64,000 nucleotides of DNA from a virus (lineage: Duplodnaviria > Caudoviricetes): the IMG/VR virus record IMGVR_UViG_3300046460_000097; one strand, given 5' to 3'. The notes under the pieces are model-generated. The model saw nothing but the letters and a program-made list of their open reading frames with translations, ran no database searches and was not told where the DNA came from. Positions 49,169-58,737 of this stretch are shown one piece after another. Positions within the stretch are counted from its first letter, which is position 1; each line of letters opens with the position of its first letter. The position numbers were made by a program, and so were the translations under genes.

Positions 49169-49218
49169 CCTAGGAGGGGGAAACCCTTCCTAGGTTACTA
49201 TGTTTATTTTTTTTTGTT
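49169..49218 (+). terminator. Rho-independent terminator
   Basis: CCTAGGAGGGG-GAAA-CCCTTCCTAGG, followed by a long T-run. Confidence 0.75.
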
Positions 49219-49234
49219 TTTTAAGTTACATTCT

Positions 49235-49252
49235 TTTTCAAGTCTATATTAC
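49235..49252 (+). promoter_or_regulatory. Early promoter (TATATTAC)
   Basis: Exact TATATTAC (phiKZ early consensus) at 49245-49252 with an upstream TTTTCAA. Confidence 0.7.
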
Positions 49253-49306
49253 TTGTGGGATAAAGATAATCAATATCTTTCACTTATATCTCTGGAGTAA
49301 TACATT

Positions 49307-49654
49307 ATGAACGCACGTCTCTCTGCTGCTGACCTCGCTGCCATCAACTCGATGAACATCGAAGGTTCCCGCGATAGTGGTATTAACGTTGGTCAAGTTT
49401 GTGGCGTTGTTGGCGGTGTCCTCGGTGGCCTCGCTGCTGTATCTCGTGGTGGTTCTGTCGGTGGTGCAATCGCCGGTGCCGCTGCTGGCGCGGCTGTAGG
49501 TTACGCTGCTGGTACCGTATTCGGTCCTGCTGAATGGTTCGGTACTACTGGCAAGATCCTGTCTGGCGCTGCTGCTGGTCTGGTAGGCGTGGGCGTAAGC
49601 TCGAACGTTGCCGCACTGGTTGACTGCTTTGTAAACCCAGACGTAGCTATCTAA
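49307..49654 (+). CDS. Small glycine-zipper membrane protein
   Basis: 115 aa with GGAG RBS; repeated GxxxG/GxxxA in hydrophobic helices. Confidence 0.75.
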   Translation: MNARLSAADLAAINSMNIEGSRDSGINVGQVCGVVGGVLGGLAAVSRGGSVGGAIAGAAAGAAVGYAAGTVFGPAEWFGTTGKILSGAAAGLVGVGVSSNVAALVDCFVNPDVAI

Positions 49655-49667
49655 AGAACATAAAGAG

Positions 49668-49699
49668 TAAAAGGAGGCTAACGCTTCCTTTTATTTTTT
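49668..49699 (+). terminator. Terminator
   Basis: TAAAAGGAGG-CTAACG-CTTCCTTTTA followed by a T-run. Confidence 0.65.
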
Positions 49700-49719
49700 G
49701 TCTAATAATAGGTGATGCC

Positions 49720-50079
49720 ATGCTGCTCAAATTACACACCGCTACTGCAATGGGTGCAAGTGTTATTGATCAGATCGTCGATTATTTCAAAGGCTTGATC
49801 TTGACTGATAACTGGCCTGAGTTAATCCGCAAGCCAGATGAATTGATCACTGAGTTAGATGCTGTAGTCACGGCAGACGACTTTGAAGCTGTATTAGAGA
49901 ACCACCATGCCTTCTTGTACGTCGGTACTAAGGAAGCGCTCCCACGAGCCTTTGCGACCTTCTACAAGGATCAACCGTTTAAAGATTGGATCATTCTGTT
50001 CAAACGGAAGGATGACAAGCAAGCCGACCCAATCTACGTGTTCTCTACACAACCGCTACAGCAAAGAACATTACATTAA
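49720..50079 (+). CDS. Hypothetical protein
   Basis: 119 aa with AGGTG upstream. Confidence 0.65.
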   Translation: MLLKLHTATAMGASVIDQIVDYFKGLILTDNWPELIRKPDELITELDAVVTADDFEAVLENHHAFLYVGTKEALPRAFATFYKDQPFKDWIILFKRKDDKQADPIYVFSTQPLQQRTLH

Positions 50080-50083
50080 GTAA

Positions 50084-50127
50084 TAGACCCTGGGTATCCG
50101 GGGTCTACCTTTTAGTTTATTTTTTTC
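50084..50127 (+). terminator. Terminator
   Basis: TAGACCCTGG-GTAT-CCGGGGTCTA followed by a T-run. Confidence 0.65.
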
Positions 50128-50191
50128 TGCATCTAGCCTTTTATAGGAAACACGAGTTCCTATCTCCTCAATCGAATAGAGAGAAGTATCC

Positions 50192-50809
50192 ATGTCCCTC
50201 AGCGAAAAATATGCACACCTTACCAACAGCGAAGTTGCCCAACTGCTGGCCAACCAACGCTTCGTGGCTGTCGGTCAACGCGAACGTCGTTTCGAAAACA
50301 TCCTGATCCCTTTCGGTGATCAACTGAACGAGCTGGCGCGTTTCCGCCTGACCGCTCAAGCTACCCCGACCGTACCGACCCCGATCGAAGTTCCACTGAT
50401 GACCGTCGAAGCTGTGCTGTCGCAGATCGCCGGCCTGGAAACTCTGGACGATCTGGCCAAAGCCTACATGACTCTGCTGATCGAACAGTCCCCTCAGTCT
50501 GCCGACAACACCGACGTTGTCAGCGCCATCAGCGACATGAAGAGCCGTGCGCTCAGCGTGATCGAACTGGACTTCAAACCAGAGCCGGTAACTCCTGCTC
50601 CGACTGAAGAAGAACTGGTTGCTCGTTATGAAGCAATCACCGATCTGAACACCCTGGAAAGTGTGCTGTCGATCGGCGAGTCTGATCTGGTGCAATCCAG
50701 CGTTACCGAGATGGCACTGCGTGTACACGACGCTGTAGTGGCTTCCATCCCTGCTCCAGAAGCACCAGTTGAAGAACCAACTGGCGGTGAGGAAGAGCCG
50801 GCTCAGTAA
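50192..50809 (+). CDS. Hypothetical acidic protein, highly expressed codon style
   Basis: 205 aa with Pro-rich linkers. Confidence 0.75.
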   Translation: MSLSEKYAHLTNSEVAQLLANQRFVAVGQRERRFENILIPFGDQLNELARFRLTAQATPTVPTPIEVPLMTVEAVLSQIAGLETLDDLAKAYMTLLIEQSPQSADNTDVVSAISDMKSRALSVIELDFKPEPVTPAPTEEELVARYEAITDLNTLESVLSIGESDLVQSSVTEMALRVHDAVVASIPAPEAPVEEPTGGEEEPAQ

Positions 50810-50829
50810 TCCGGTCAACCGGCCATAAG

Positions 50830-50863
50830 GCTACCCCTACTCCTTTGCGGGAGTAGGGGTAGC
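50830..50863. terminator. Bidirectional terminator
   Basis: GCTACCCCTACTCC-TTTGCG-GGAGTAGGGGTAGC: 14-bp perfect stem with the same loop as 19731. Confidence 0.75.
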
Positions 50864-50885
50864 TTCAGGTCTTTTCTTTTTTGCT

Positions 50886-53870
50886 TTATGCACCTTTCCA
50901 AGGGTTGTAGTTAGGATCGGTTGGATCGTCACTACCCGCTTTGGAACCATCGACAGGAGGCTCTTCTTCTCCTTCTGCCTTCTCTTCACCCTCTACAGGT
51001 TCAGCAGGTGGCTCTTCACCGTCTGCTGGAGGAGTCTCACCATCAGGCATCGGTGGCGGCTCATCTACATTGACAGTGCTGTCATCAGGCTCACCAGTGC
51101 CAGCGAGGTCGTCGTCACCCGTAGGCTCCACGTCATCCGGTTCACCAGTACCGCCTAGGCCGCCTTCGTCACCCAAAGGTTCTTCAGGTGGAGCGTTGGC
51201 TGCCAGCTTCTTGTCGATCTTGCCTTTGTATTCCTTGAGCAGCTTGCCGTCAGCATCGGAACGCTCAATGATAAGCTTGGCCACAAAGTCAGCAACGTTG
51301 TTACGCTGGTGAACGATATGGTGTACCAAGGAAGCAATACCACCGCCTTTACCTTCGTTGACAATCTCATCGAACGGCATTGGCAGGTTGAATCGCTTGA
51401 AGGCCTCAGTCTTCAGTACAGACTTGATCATGGCCTTGATCTCATCCGCAGAGAAGTCTTCTGCCTCAATACCCAGCAACTTGATCATCTGAGCCATGAC
51501 CACCCCAGTACCCGACAGCTCTTCCCACGACGCCACCAGCTTATCTACCGCTTCCAGACTCTCAATGAGTTTGTTGGTGGTTTCAGTGCTGGTAGGTACA
51601 GGCAGCGTGCAGTAGATGGAGTTGAAGAAGTCAGCCAGAATAATCTTGACCTTAGCTTCATCCTCACCTTCAATCACTTCCTTACTGTCAGGAACCCACA
51701 TCTTCTTGTTGTCGAGAACACACTGTACCAGCGCTTGCATCAACGGACCGTTTACACGAGCATGCTTACGCTGGAAGTCGATCACGAAGTTAGCGATCTC
51801 GGTCTGCCAGTTCACCGCTTGGTTGAAAACCATTTGGTGTTCGGTAATAGCTTCGATCTGGAAGTTGTTCTGATCGTCGCTCACATCCAGCCATGCACGA
51901 GGCAGGTTGAAGTAGTTGGCGATCGAGTTCAACACAGCATCACGGCTAGCGGTATCTACCGCGTGGAAGTTGTCCTTCTGCTTACCTGTGGTTTGAATGT
52001 CAGGAGTAGGCAGGTGAACGTTATCCCCGGCATTAACCTTTACCGACAACGAGGATTCTCGCAGGGCATCAACAATAGACGGAACAGACAACTGAGCCGT
52101 AGACAACAGACTGTGCAACCGCGGGTTAGCCTCAAAGAAGGTAGCCCGAGCAATAGCAATGGTGGCCTCAGGGTCCGCATCCTCCTTCTCCACGTTGATA
52201 GTCATCTCGGTGTGAGGTTGGGCGGCTTCAAGGTTAGCCAAGGCGTCAGCGAGGTCGTAGGCAGCCAGACGAGCGATGTGCATCTTGGCCGACTGAGTCA
52301 ACGACTGACCAGTACCCAGGCGGTTGAACTTCAGAGCGCCGTAAGTAATAGCCTCACCTGGAACATACAGGCAGCGCACACCCTGACGACGCCAGAGACG
52401 GGACAAGAAGATCTTGTTGGTTTCTTCGTCAATAGTGACACTGACGGAGTCGCCTTTACCGCTCACGACTGAAGACACGAACCGACGGATCAGACTGCTT
52501 TGCGCAAGGTCGATGAACTCGCGCATGTCGAAGTCACATGGCTTGCCTTCCTGAACCATCCGCAGACTGGAGATCAGACTGTTGTCGCTACCGTTCTTGG
52601 GCTTGTTAGCCACTTGATCGGCTTGGGCCTTGGTTGACTGATAGAAGTCAGGATCAACCGTGGTCTTCAGGAAGTTACCCTGATCGTCAAGCAGAATGAT
52701 GTAGTCGTCGATCTGACGGCTAGAACCGTTGTGGTGAATTGGGATAACCGCTTCACTAGGAATGTGCCAGCTCAGGCCACGACCGTAGGGTGCTACCGAC
52801 AGAGTGTCGATTGGCTTAACGTACTGCATGGTCTGATGGCGGATATCACGAGCCTTGTAGATCTCGCGGTTAATCGCTTCCATCTGATCTTCGGTCAAGT
52901 TCTGAGTAGTAGCGTCAGGACCGTCTGCCGTCTTCGCTTTCTTCTTCTTGTCACTTTGCATGGCAGAAGAGATAACGAGGTCGAAACTCTCGACACCCAT
53001 GATCGAGTTAATGTCCTGATCCCGCACTGCTTCGTTGAACTTCTGCAGATAAAGGATAGCCGGGTTATCGGTCAGGGTGATCTTGAACAGGTTGTCCGGA
53101 TCTTCTTCTTTACTGAAGATGTTGAACTCGGTGCCGTTGTAAGCAGGACGGTCACCCAAGATCGCTTCCAGACCACTGACCGCATTCTTGTCAGCAGCCG
53201 AATGCGGATCACGAACGAAGAAGCCTTTGTTACGCGCTCGCTTGACACCACTGACATCCACGAACTCGTGGTCAAGGTGTTGCTTAGCCTGTAGGCGGAA
53301 GGCTTCGTTACCCGTACGACCTTCAGGGCTATTTGGATCAGCGGCAGAACCGTTAATCAAATAATCCAGACCTGGACGACTGAGGTTAAACAGAACATAA
53401 CTCCCTGTATTCCACAGGATGTCATTGATCATTTTACCCAGTTCTGGCTCGATCTTATAGTCGTTGGTGAAGTAATTATCCCACACCGTCAACAACTCGG
53501 CGTGGAGACCAGCATTCTTCAGCTTCGTCGTTTGAGTGTCGTAGGTCAACACTTTGTCTTGCTTACCGTTAGGGTAGAGCAGGATGGTGTTCCAAATCAG
53601 CTCAGCTTTATCAATGTACGGCGTGATAGCCCGCAGATCGGTACTGGCATTGATGTTGTTGCTGATGATGTCACTCAAGCGTTGCAGCTTGTAAGGATTG
53701 ACAGTTTCTCTACCTTTGCCTTCATTGGCATCAGGAGTTTGGCCATTTTTGGGAACCGCGTTGCGCAGAGTGGCAGCAATGGCGGGGGATACGGATTTAA
53801 GATCTTCACGAATTCTCGTGTAGTCAACCCGTTCATTCCCTCTTGTCGTACCGCGTGTTTCGAACCCCAT
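50886..53870 (-). CDS. Probable portal protein (phiKZ gp129-like) with acidic C-terminal tail
   Basis: 994 aa from MGFETRG (GAGG RBS; the track's upstream extension overlaps the divergent gene). The assignment comes from size and synteny. Confidence 0.6.
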   Translation of the reverse strand: MGFETRGTTRGNERVDYTRIREDLKSVSPAIAATLRNAVPKNGQTPDANEGKGRETVNPYKLQRLSDIISNNINASTDLRAITPYIDKAELIWNTILLYPNGKQDKVLTYDTQTTKLKNAGLHAELLTVWDNYFTNDYKIEPELGKMINDILWNTGSYVLFNLSRPGLDYLINGSAADPNSPEGRTGNEAFRLQAKQHLDHEFVDVSGVKRARNKGFFVRDPHSAADKNAVSGLEAILGDRPAYNGTEFNIFSKEEDPDNLFKITLTDNPAILYLQKFNEAVRDQDINSIMGVESFDLVISSAMQSDKKKKAKTADGPDATTQNLTEDQMEAINREIYKARDIRHQTMQYVKPIDTLSVAPYGRGLSWHIPSEAVIPIHHNGSSRQIDDYIILLDDQGNFLKTTVDPDFYQSTKAQADQVANKPKNGSDNSLISSLRMVQEGKPCDFDMREFIDLAQSSLIRRFVSSVVSGKGDSVSVTIDEETNKIFLSRLWRRQGVRCLYVPGEAITYGALKFNRLGTGQSLTQSAKMHIARLAAYDLADALANLEAAQPHTEMTINVEKEDADPEATIAIARATFFEANPRLHSLLSTAQLSVPSIVDALRESSLSVKVNAGDNVHLPTPDIQTTGKQKDNFHAVDTASRDAVLNSIANYFNLPRAWLDVSDDQNNFQIEAITEHQMVFNQAVNWQTEIANFVIDFQRKHARVNGPLMQALVQCVLDNKKMWVPDSKEVIEGEDEAKVKIILADFFNSIYCTLPVPTSTETTNKLIESLEAVDKLVASWEELSGTGVVMAQMIKLLGIEAEDFSADEIKAMIKSVLKTEAFKRFNLPMPFDEIVNEGKGGGIASLVHHIVHQRNNVADFVAKLIIERSDADGKLLKEYKGKIDKKLAANAPPEEPLGDEGGLGGTGEPDDVEPTGDDDLAGTGEPDDSTVNVDEPPPMPDGETPPADGEEPPAEPVEGEEKAEGEEEPPVDGSKAGSDDPTDPNYNPWKGA

Positions 53871-53891
53871 ATAAACCTCACGAGTTAAACT

Positions 53892-56174
53892 ATGAATAGT
53901 GTCGATCTTGATCAGTATTATGCGGACACTTTCAGCCTTGTTCGGACCATGGTTATCAAAATCGAGGCCTTGGCCGACAGAGATAACTTGGTACTGACTA
54001 AAGCTGGGCATCCCGTATCCACGGATAAAACATCGTGGCGTTATTACATGAACTTGAATGGAGACTACCACCCCACCGATGAGGTGATGTGGATCAACTC
54101 CATTGATACCGGTGAGCAGATTGTTTTCAACAAGGATAGCTTGTTGCTGCACCTCGCAACGAATCGCGAGTACAGTAAAGGAGGCTATTGGTTCAACCGT
54201 TTGGTCGAACGCTATCCTGGGCAGTCTACTCTGATTAACGGCATACTCTCGCCCATCCCGTACTCCGAGACGATCGAGGCTAAAGACTATAAGATCCTGC
54301 GCTACAACAAGAAATTAGTGTTGTGGAACGAGGATCAGCTCATCAAGAAATTGCAGCTGTTTGTGGACAGTGACGTGAGTCATTCGTTCAAGAACGACTA
54401 CATTACGACTGATGACTTGTTCTTGCCGTTGATGATTGAGAAGTTGCACATCGATGTCATGGGTGCAATTCATGCGATCCGCCTAGAAGATTGTTTTACT
54501 CGGCATACGCACGAGTTCTTCATCTGGAGCCACATCGATTCTTTCGGTGATTTCTCCCAGTACAAGGCCAGTCTCTCCAAAGAACAGACCATGTGGCTGT
54601 TCCGCAACATCGCTTGGATCCGCAACAACCCAGGCCAGCAGTACACCTTTAATAAGCTGATGCACAACATACTGACTCGCGCCAGTGTGCCATTGGCTAA
54701 GTTCGACATGGTAGAGTCCACTGAAACTCAGTTGGAAGATTTAACCCCTACCCCTCTGTACCGTCGGATGCAGATGAACCTTATCGATACTTACGGGCGC
54801 GCTGCCACGTTTATCGATACCGAAGCCATGATCCTGAAGCAACAGATGGAGGCTACGGAGAACTACGACCAGACCGCTACCTATCTGGAAGATGCTCTGG
54901 TCAAGGGTACGTACAGTCTGCACTCTGAGCTGCCTACCAAAACGCTTGAGTCGGCTATGGCTGACTACACCAACCGACACATCGATACATTGATGAAGGT
55001 GGTGTACAACGAGTGGATCTACTTGGCGGGTAAGAAGGTCTATCAAGGCAACATCATTACCGTGGACCCCAAGACGGGTAAACAATACCGTTTCCCGGTA
55101 GCTGACGCCTACCACATCTGGAAGTTCCTCGTCGAGCACAGTAAGGGTGAAAGCCCCCTGCGTATCTGCAAGGTCTACTACCAGAACGTGTTGAAGTTAA
55201 AAGCACCAACCGTTGAGCAGCTCATTGAGATCGGGGGTCCCGATTTCATTCGTCCTTATGTGGCTCAGGACATTCGCAATATTTGGGCGCCTGTTACCCC
55301 ATTTGTGTCCCCGGATTATCTGATCCAGTACTCTACCGAAGTCTACACGAACATGTGGAAACATCGGAAGCTGTACAGCAAGTGGTATGACTTGAACCTG
55401 CGGGCAAGGGCCAAGAACACCTGTGACTTCATGTACGACTCGGGGATCATCAAACTCGGGAACTACACCAATTACGACTCGTTGCTGGAAACCTACGAGC
55501 TCGACTTCAGTGAATACACTGCGGCCGAAGCCAAGGCCTTTGCTTGGGACATCTTTAAACGTGTCACAGGCTGGGATACCAACCAGCATCCGTCTACTCG
55601 GGTCAAACAGGCTGACTTGATTGCGATCATGACACAGCTGTCGTCTTACACCGTGCAGTTCGTTAAGAAGATTGACGACGGTACGGATCAGACAGAGCTG
55701 AAGAACGATCTGTTCGTTGGCGATAGCCGTTGGGTGGGCCAAGGTAACGGTAGCTATGGCGATTTCAAACACGTCATGCTCAACGTGGACACCAACAACG
55801 ACGCAAGCAACGCCCTGAAGTCTGTTACAGCTGTTATAGACTCTTACCAGCCTAAGCTAGTCGTTGATATGGCTGCGAAGGCAACGATCGTTACACACGA
55901 TCTGGTGAAGTCTGTCGACGTCATCAAAGACCTGCGTATCAATGCGTTGAAGTTCCCAAACACTGGACACATCCGAATCCTCACGGAAGAAGAGTTCCAG
56001 CCTAAGGAGATTCCAGGTACGTACTACGGCGAACTGTTTGCTGACCCAGTCGAAATCCCAGGCACCTATTACGGGGAACTGGAAGAAGACGTGATGGGTG
56101 CTTACCAGTACTCGTTCCCTGAAACGTATTACAAAGTCCTGAAAGCTAACGGCGACCTTGACCTCGGAGAATAA
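53892..56174 (+). CDS. Virion structural protein (phiKZ gp128-like) with C-terminal PxTYYGEL repeats
   Basis: 760 aa, divergent from portal; ends EIPGTYYGEL...EIPGTYYGEL...SFPETYYKVL. Confidence 0.7.
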   Translation: MNSVDLDQYYADTFSLVRTMVIKIEALADRDNLVLTKAGHPVSTDKTSWRYYMNLNGDYHPTDEVMWINSIDTGEQIVFNKDSLLLHLATNREYSKGGYWFNRLVERYPGQSTLINGILSPIPYSETIEAKDYKILRYNKKLVLWNEDQLIKKLQLFVDSDVSHSFKNDYITTDDLFLPLMIEKLHIDVMGAIHAIRLEDCFTRHTHEFFIWSHIDSFGDFSQYKASLSKEQTMWLFRNIAWIRNNPGQQYTFNKLMHNILTRASVPLAKFDMVESTETQLEDLTPTPLYRRMQMNLIDTYGRAATFIDTEAMILKQQMEATENYDQTATYLEDALVKGTYSLHSELPTKTLESAMADYTNRHIDTLMKVVYNEWIYLAGKKVYQGNIITVDPKTGKQYRFPVADAYHIWKFLVEHSKGESPLRICKVYYQNVLKLKAPTVEQLIEIGGPDFIRPYVAQDIRNIWAPVTPFVSPDYLIQYSTEVYTNMWKHRKLYSKWYDLNLRARAKNTCDFMYDSGIIKLGNYTNYDSLLETYELDFSEYTAAEAKAFAWDIFKRVTGWDTNQHPSTRVKQADLIAIMTQLSSYTVQFVKKIDDGTDQTELKNDLFVGDSRWVGQGNGSYGDFKHVMLNVDTNNDASNALKSVTAVIDSYQPKLVVDMAAKATIVTHDLVKSVDVIKDLRINALKFPNTGHIRILTEEEFQPKEIPGTYYGELFADPVEIPGTYYGELEEDVMGAYQYSFPETYYKVLKANGDLDLGE

Positions 56175-56177
56175 CAC

Positions 56178-56582
56178 TTGAACATACAGGTGCTAAGTCT
56201 TATCAAGCAGCGGTATTGCGAGGACAACGCCATCAGTGACCCTGAGTCGATTGCAATGTCCTTCTGCCAAGCGGAGAAGGGCACCGGCAACCCCATCATG
56301 TTTGTACTACGTGATGGGAAGTCGTCGACCTACGTTCACCAGCGGATCGACCTAGCAGGTTTGTCCGCTCATCGGGCTTTGGATATTCCTGCCGCATTCC
56401 GCAACGTTAAACAAGCCGATCTCAGCAAAGTGTTCATTGCAGATTGGGTTTACCAGTTCACGGGACACCGTATTCTGGTTGAAGACATACAAACCATGGC
56501 GCTAGAGAAAAAGGCTATTCAGGTGATCATTTCACCGGATTCTATGCGCTTTAAAAATAGCTTCCAGCTAATCCGTCTATAG
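56178..56582 (+). CDS. Small hypothetical virion-region protein
   Basis: 134 aa, TTG start with GGAG 8 nt upstream. Confidence 0.55.
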   Translation: MNIQVLSLIKQRYCEDNAISDPESIAMSFCQAEKGTGNPIMFVLRDGKSSTYVHQRIDLAGLSAHRALDIPAAFRNVKQADLSKVFIADWVYQFTGHRILVEDIQTMALEKKAIQVIISPDSMRFKNSFQLIRL

Positions 56583-56595
56583 GGATTTTTTCATT

Positions 56596-57525
56596 ATGGC
56601 TCTTTCTGCAACAGAAATTCAAGACCAGAACCGTTCCGAGGTTCCTACTCAGTCGGTAACCAACACTGGCTGGGGGAACATCATCACCAAATGCGTGGTT
56701 ACTCGCCAACCGTTTAACCTCCCACAATACACCACGCTGAACGAGCGCTACAACATCCTGGCGACCCAGTCCATCGGGCCGAAGAACGGTAAGGACTTCG
56801 AACTGAAGTACTTTGGTGTGGGTATCCGTGGTTCCGACTGCGATGGCAAGAACCTCCTTGGCGCTACCAAGATGAAGGTCAACCAGCACCAGCCGAAAGA
56901 CGCCAACCTGTTCGTGCCGATCCCGTTCGCCTGCCGTCCAGTTGCCAGCGACTTCGACAACGTCAACCGCGGCAAGTACCGCATGCGTACCGTTCAAGAC
57001 GTCAACGGTGTGGCCACCGCGTTCTATTGGTTGAAGCTGATCAGTTTCGCCAACTACAACCCGCAGGTCATGGTTATTACCCGTGACGAGAACAACAACG
57101 AAACGCCAGTTCCGTACATCCCTGAGAAAGACGACCTGTTCAACCCAACCCCGGTCGACTTCATCAGCACTGGCTCGGTGCCTATCAGCAACGTCTACAT
57201 GAACAGCTCCGCTATCCTGGACTGCTCGTTGGACCAAGCCGACCTGACCGAAATGGAAAACGCCTGCCGCATTCTGTACGGCGATGCTTCCCTGGCTGCA
57301 CCGAACGAAGTGGGCATTGCCTACGGCATCGACACCCAGACCGACGGCCAGATCGGCCAAGGCGCCGTGATTCGCTACACTGAAGTACTGAGTGCTGTCT
57401 ATGCTCACTACATCACTGAGCGCGATGCACGTTCCGCCCTGAACAACGTTCGTCTGCAATACGCATTCGACCACGGCGCCAGCGAACCAATGCTGTTGCA
57501 CACCAACGCCACTGTCGCACCTTAA
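56596..57525 (+). CDS. Virion structural protein
   Basis: 309 aa, beta-rich with strong codon bias. Confidence 0.7.
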   Translation: MALSATEIQDQNRSEVPTQSVTNTGWGNIITKCVVTRQPFNLPQYTTLNERYNILATQSIGPKNGKDFELKYFGVGIRGSDCDGKNLLGATKMKVNQHQPKDANLFVPIPFACRPVASDFDNVNRGKYRMRTVQDVNGVATAFYWLKLISFANYNPQVMVITRDENNNETPVPYIPEKDDLFNPTPVDFISTGSVPISNVYMNSSAILDCSLDQADLTEMENACRILYGDASLAAPNEVGIAYGIDTQTDGQIGQGAVIRYTEVLSAVYAHYITERDARSALNNVRLQYAFDHGASEPMLLHTNATVAP

Positions 57526-57541
57526 TCGGGAGAGTTCATAA

Positions 57542-58162
57542 ATGAGCATTCCTGATATCCTGAAAGGGGGCGTTCATTTGCCCCTGACGGTTAGCACCAC
57601 TTCGGCTCAAGCTATCGCTTTGGCTAACGGGTTCTACCAGACCGAGTTAGATGTTAACGACTACAAGGAGACACAAGCCTTCTGGGGAGTCGATAACGTC
57701 TTACAGCTGGATCTCATCGATCCGGAGTCTGGCGAGGTGCTGGAGAGCTTCTACAACCGTTCTACGGGGAATAAGCTCAGTGCCGCAGCAGAACCAATGC
57801 TGATGCTCAGTAATCCAATGGATCCAAGCCAGTTTGTTTCCTGGATGGGTCCTGTGATTGTCGTGCATGACGCAAAGGAGCTGGAGTTCCTCAGCGGATT
57901 GGGCTCGGGTAATACCTATCCAATCTTCGGCGTAGACAACAACATTCCGTATCAGTTGTCGTCTTTGCTGAACTCCTACCAATTTATTGGTAGCTGGGTG
58001 TCCGGTACTATGGGTGAATATGCAACTGGTGGTTTCACTCTGGTCTATCTCGGCCCAAGCAGCGAAGCCCCAGAAGAACTCCTGGTGGACTACTCCCCCA
58101 ACATTGCCGTGATCCAAATCAACCACGGTGAACAAAAAGGATACATATGCCTGAGGACGTAA
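57542..58162 (+). CDS. Hypothetical virion-region protein
   Basis: 206 aa with GGAG upstream. Confidence 0.65.
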   Translation: MSIPDILKGGVHLPLTVSTTSAQAIALANGFYQTELDVNDYKETQAFWGVDNVLQLDLIDPESGEVLESFYNRSTGNKLSAAAEPMLMLSNPMDPSQFVSWMGPVIVVHDAKELEFLSGLGSGNTYPIFGVDNNIPYQLSSLLNSYQFIGSWVSGTMGEYATGGFTLVYLGPSSEAPEELLVDYSPNIAVIQINHGEQKGYICLRT

Positions 58163-58737
58163 AAGTCCCCCACACGGTAAGGGTCATGGGAATTGACCCT
58201 TCTCCGACCAATACGGGGGTGTTCGTTGTAGATGTCAACATCGCTGAGCCAGCCCCGTTTGTTATGGTGTATGGCAACACATTGTTCGGCGAGAAAGTTC
58301 TCTACGACGTTCCTGTTCAGTTTGATGACACCGCTTCAACGGGTGTCAGTGCGCGTGGCTTTTGTTTAGCGCGCTCGTTAGGTACCCTCATCGAAATTTA
58401 TCAACCCGACGTTGGTATTTGTGAAGATAACTACTTAGGGGTTTCTGCGGGAACCTTTAAACAGTTGATTCAGTTCGTCGGACTGGTGAGGGAAAGCTTT
58501 AACAACAATGGCGTGCATTTGTCCTATGTACTACCTAACTTGGCCAAGGCAATTGTCGGGGCTAACTTCAAGGGATCGCAGAAAGAAGATGTCCGTGCAG
58601 GGTTGCTGAAGTATCCGCTGTTAGATGCAAATGGGTTTGACCTGTCACTGCTGGATGAGCACTCCGTCGATGCTGGCGCGGTAACTCTCTATCGGTGTGA
58701 ACAAATTGCCAAAAACTATGGGGTGTATCATGGCTAA
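58147..58737 (+). CDS. ruvC: RuvC-like Holliday junction resolvase
   Basis: VMGIDPSPTNTG, GICED, K-x-D region (SQKEDV) and DEHSVDA match RuvC catalytic motifs. Confidence 0.82.
   Translation: MPEDVKVPHTVRVMGIDPSPTNTGVFVVDVNIAEPAPFVMVYGNTLFGEKVLYDVPVQFDDTASTGVSARGFCLARSLGTLIEIYQPDVGICEDNYLGVSAGTFKQLIQFVGLVRESFNNNGVHLSYVLPNLAKAIVGANFKGSQKEDVRAGLLKYPLLDANGFDLSLLDEHSVDAGAVTLYRCEQIAKNYGVYHG

Noticed and set aside
53871-54152. N-terminal extension of the portal ORF in the track (1088 aa)
   Set aside because: It overlaps the divergent gene at 53892. ATG 53870 has a GAGG RBS and is the better start.
56172-56180. In-frame TAA-CAC-TTG junction that could allow readthrough from the 760-aa protein into 56178..56582
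   Set aside because: UAA is rarely leaky, no stimulatory structure was seen, and the TTG has its own GGAG RBS. It is kept only as a remote possibility.
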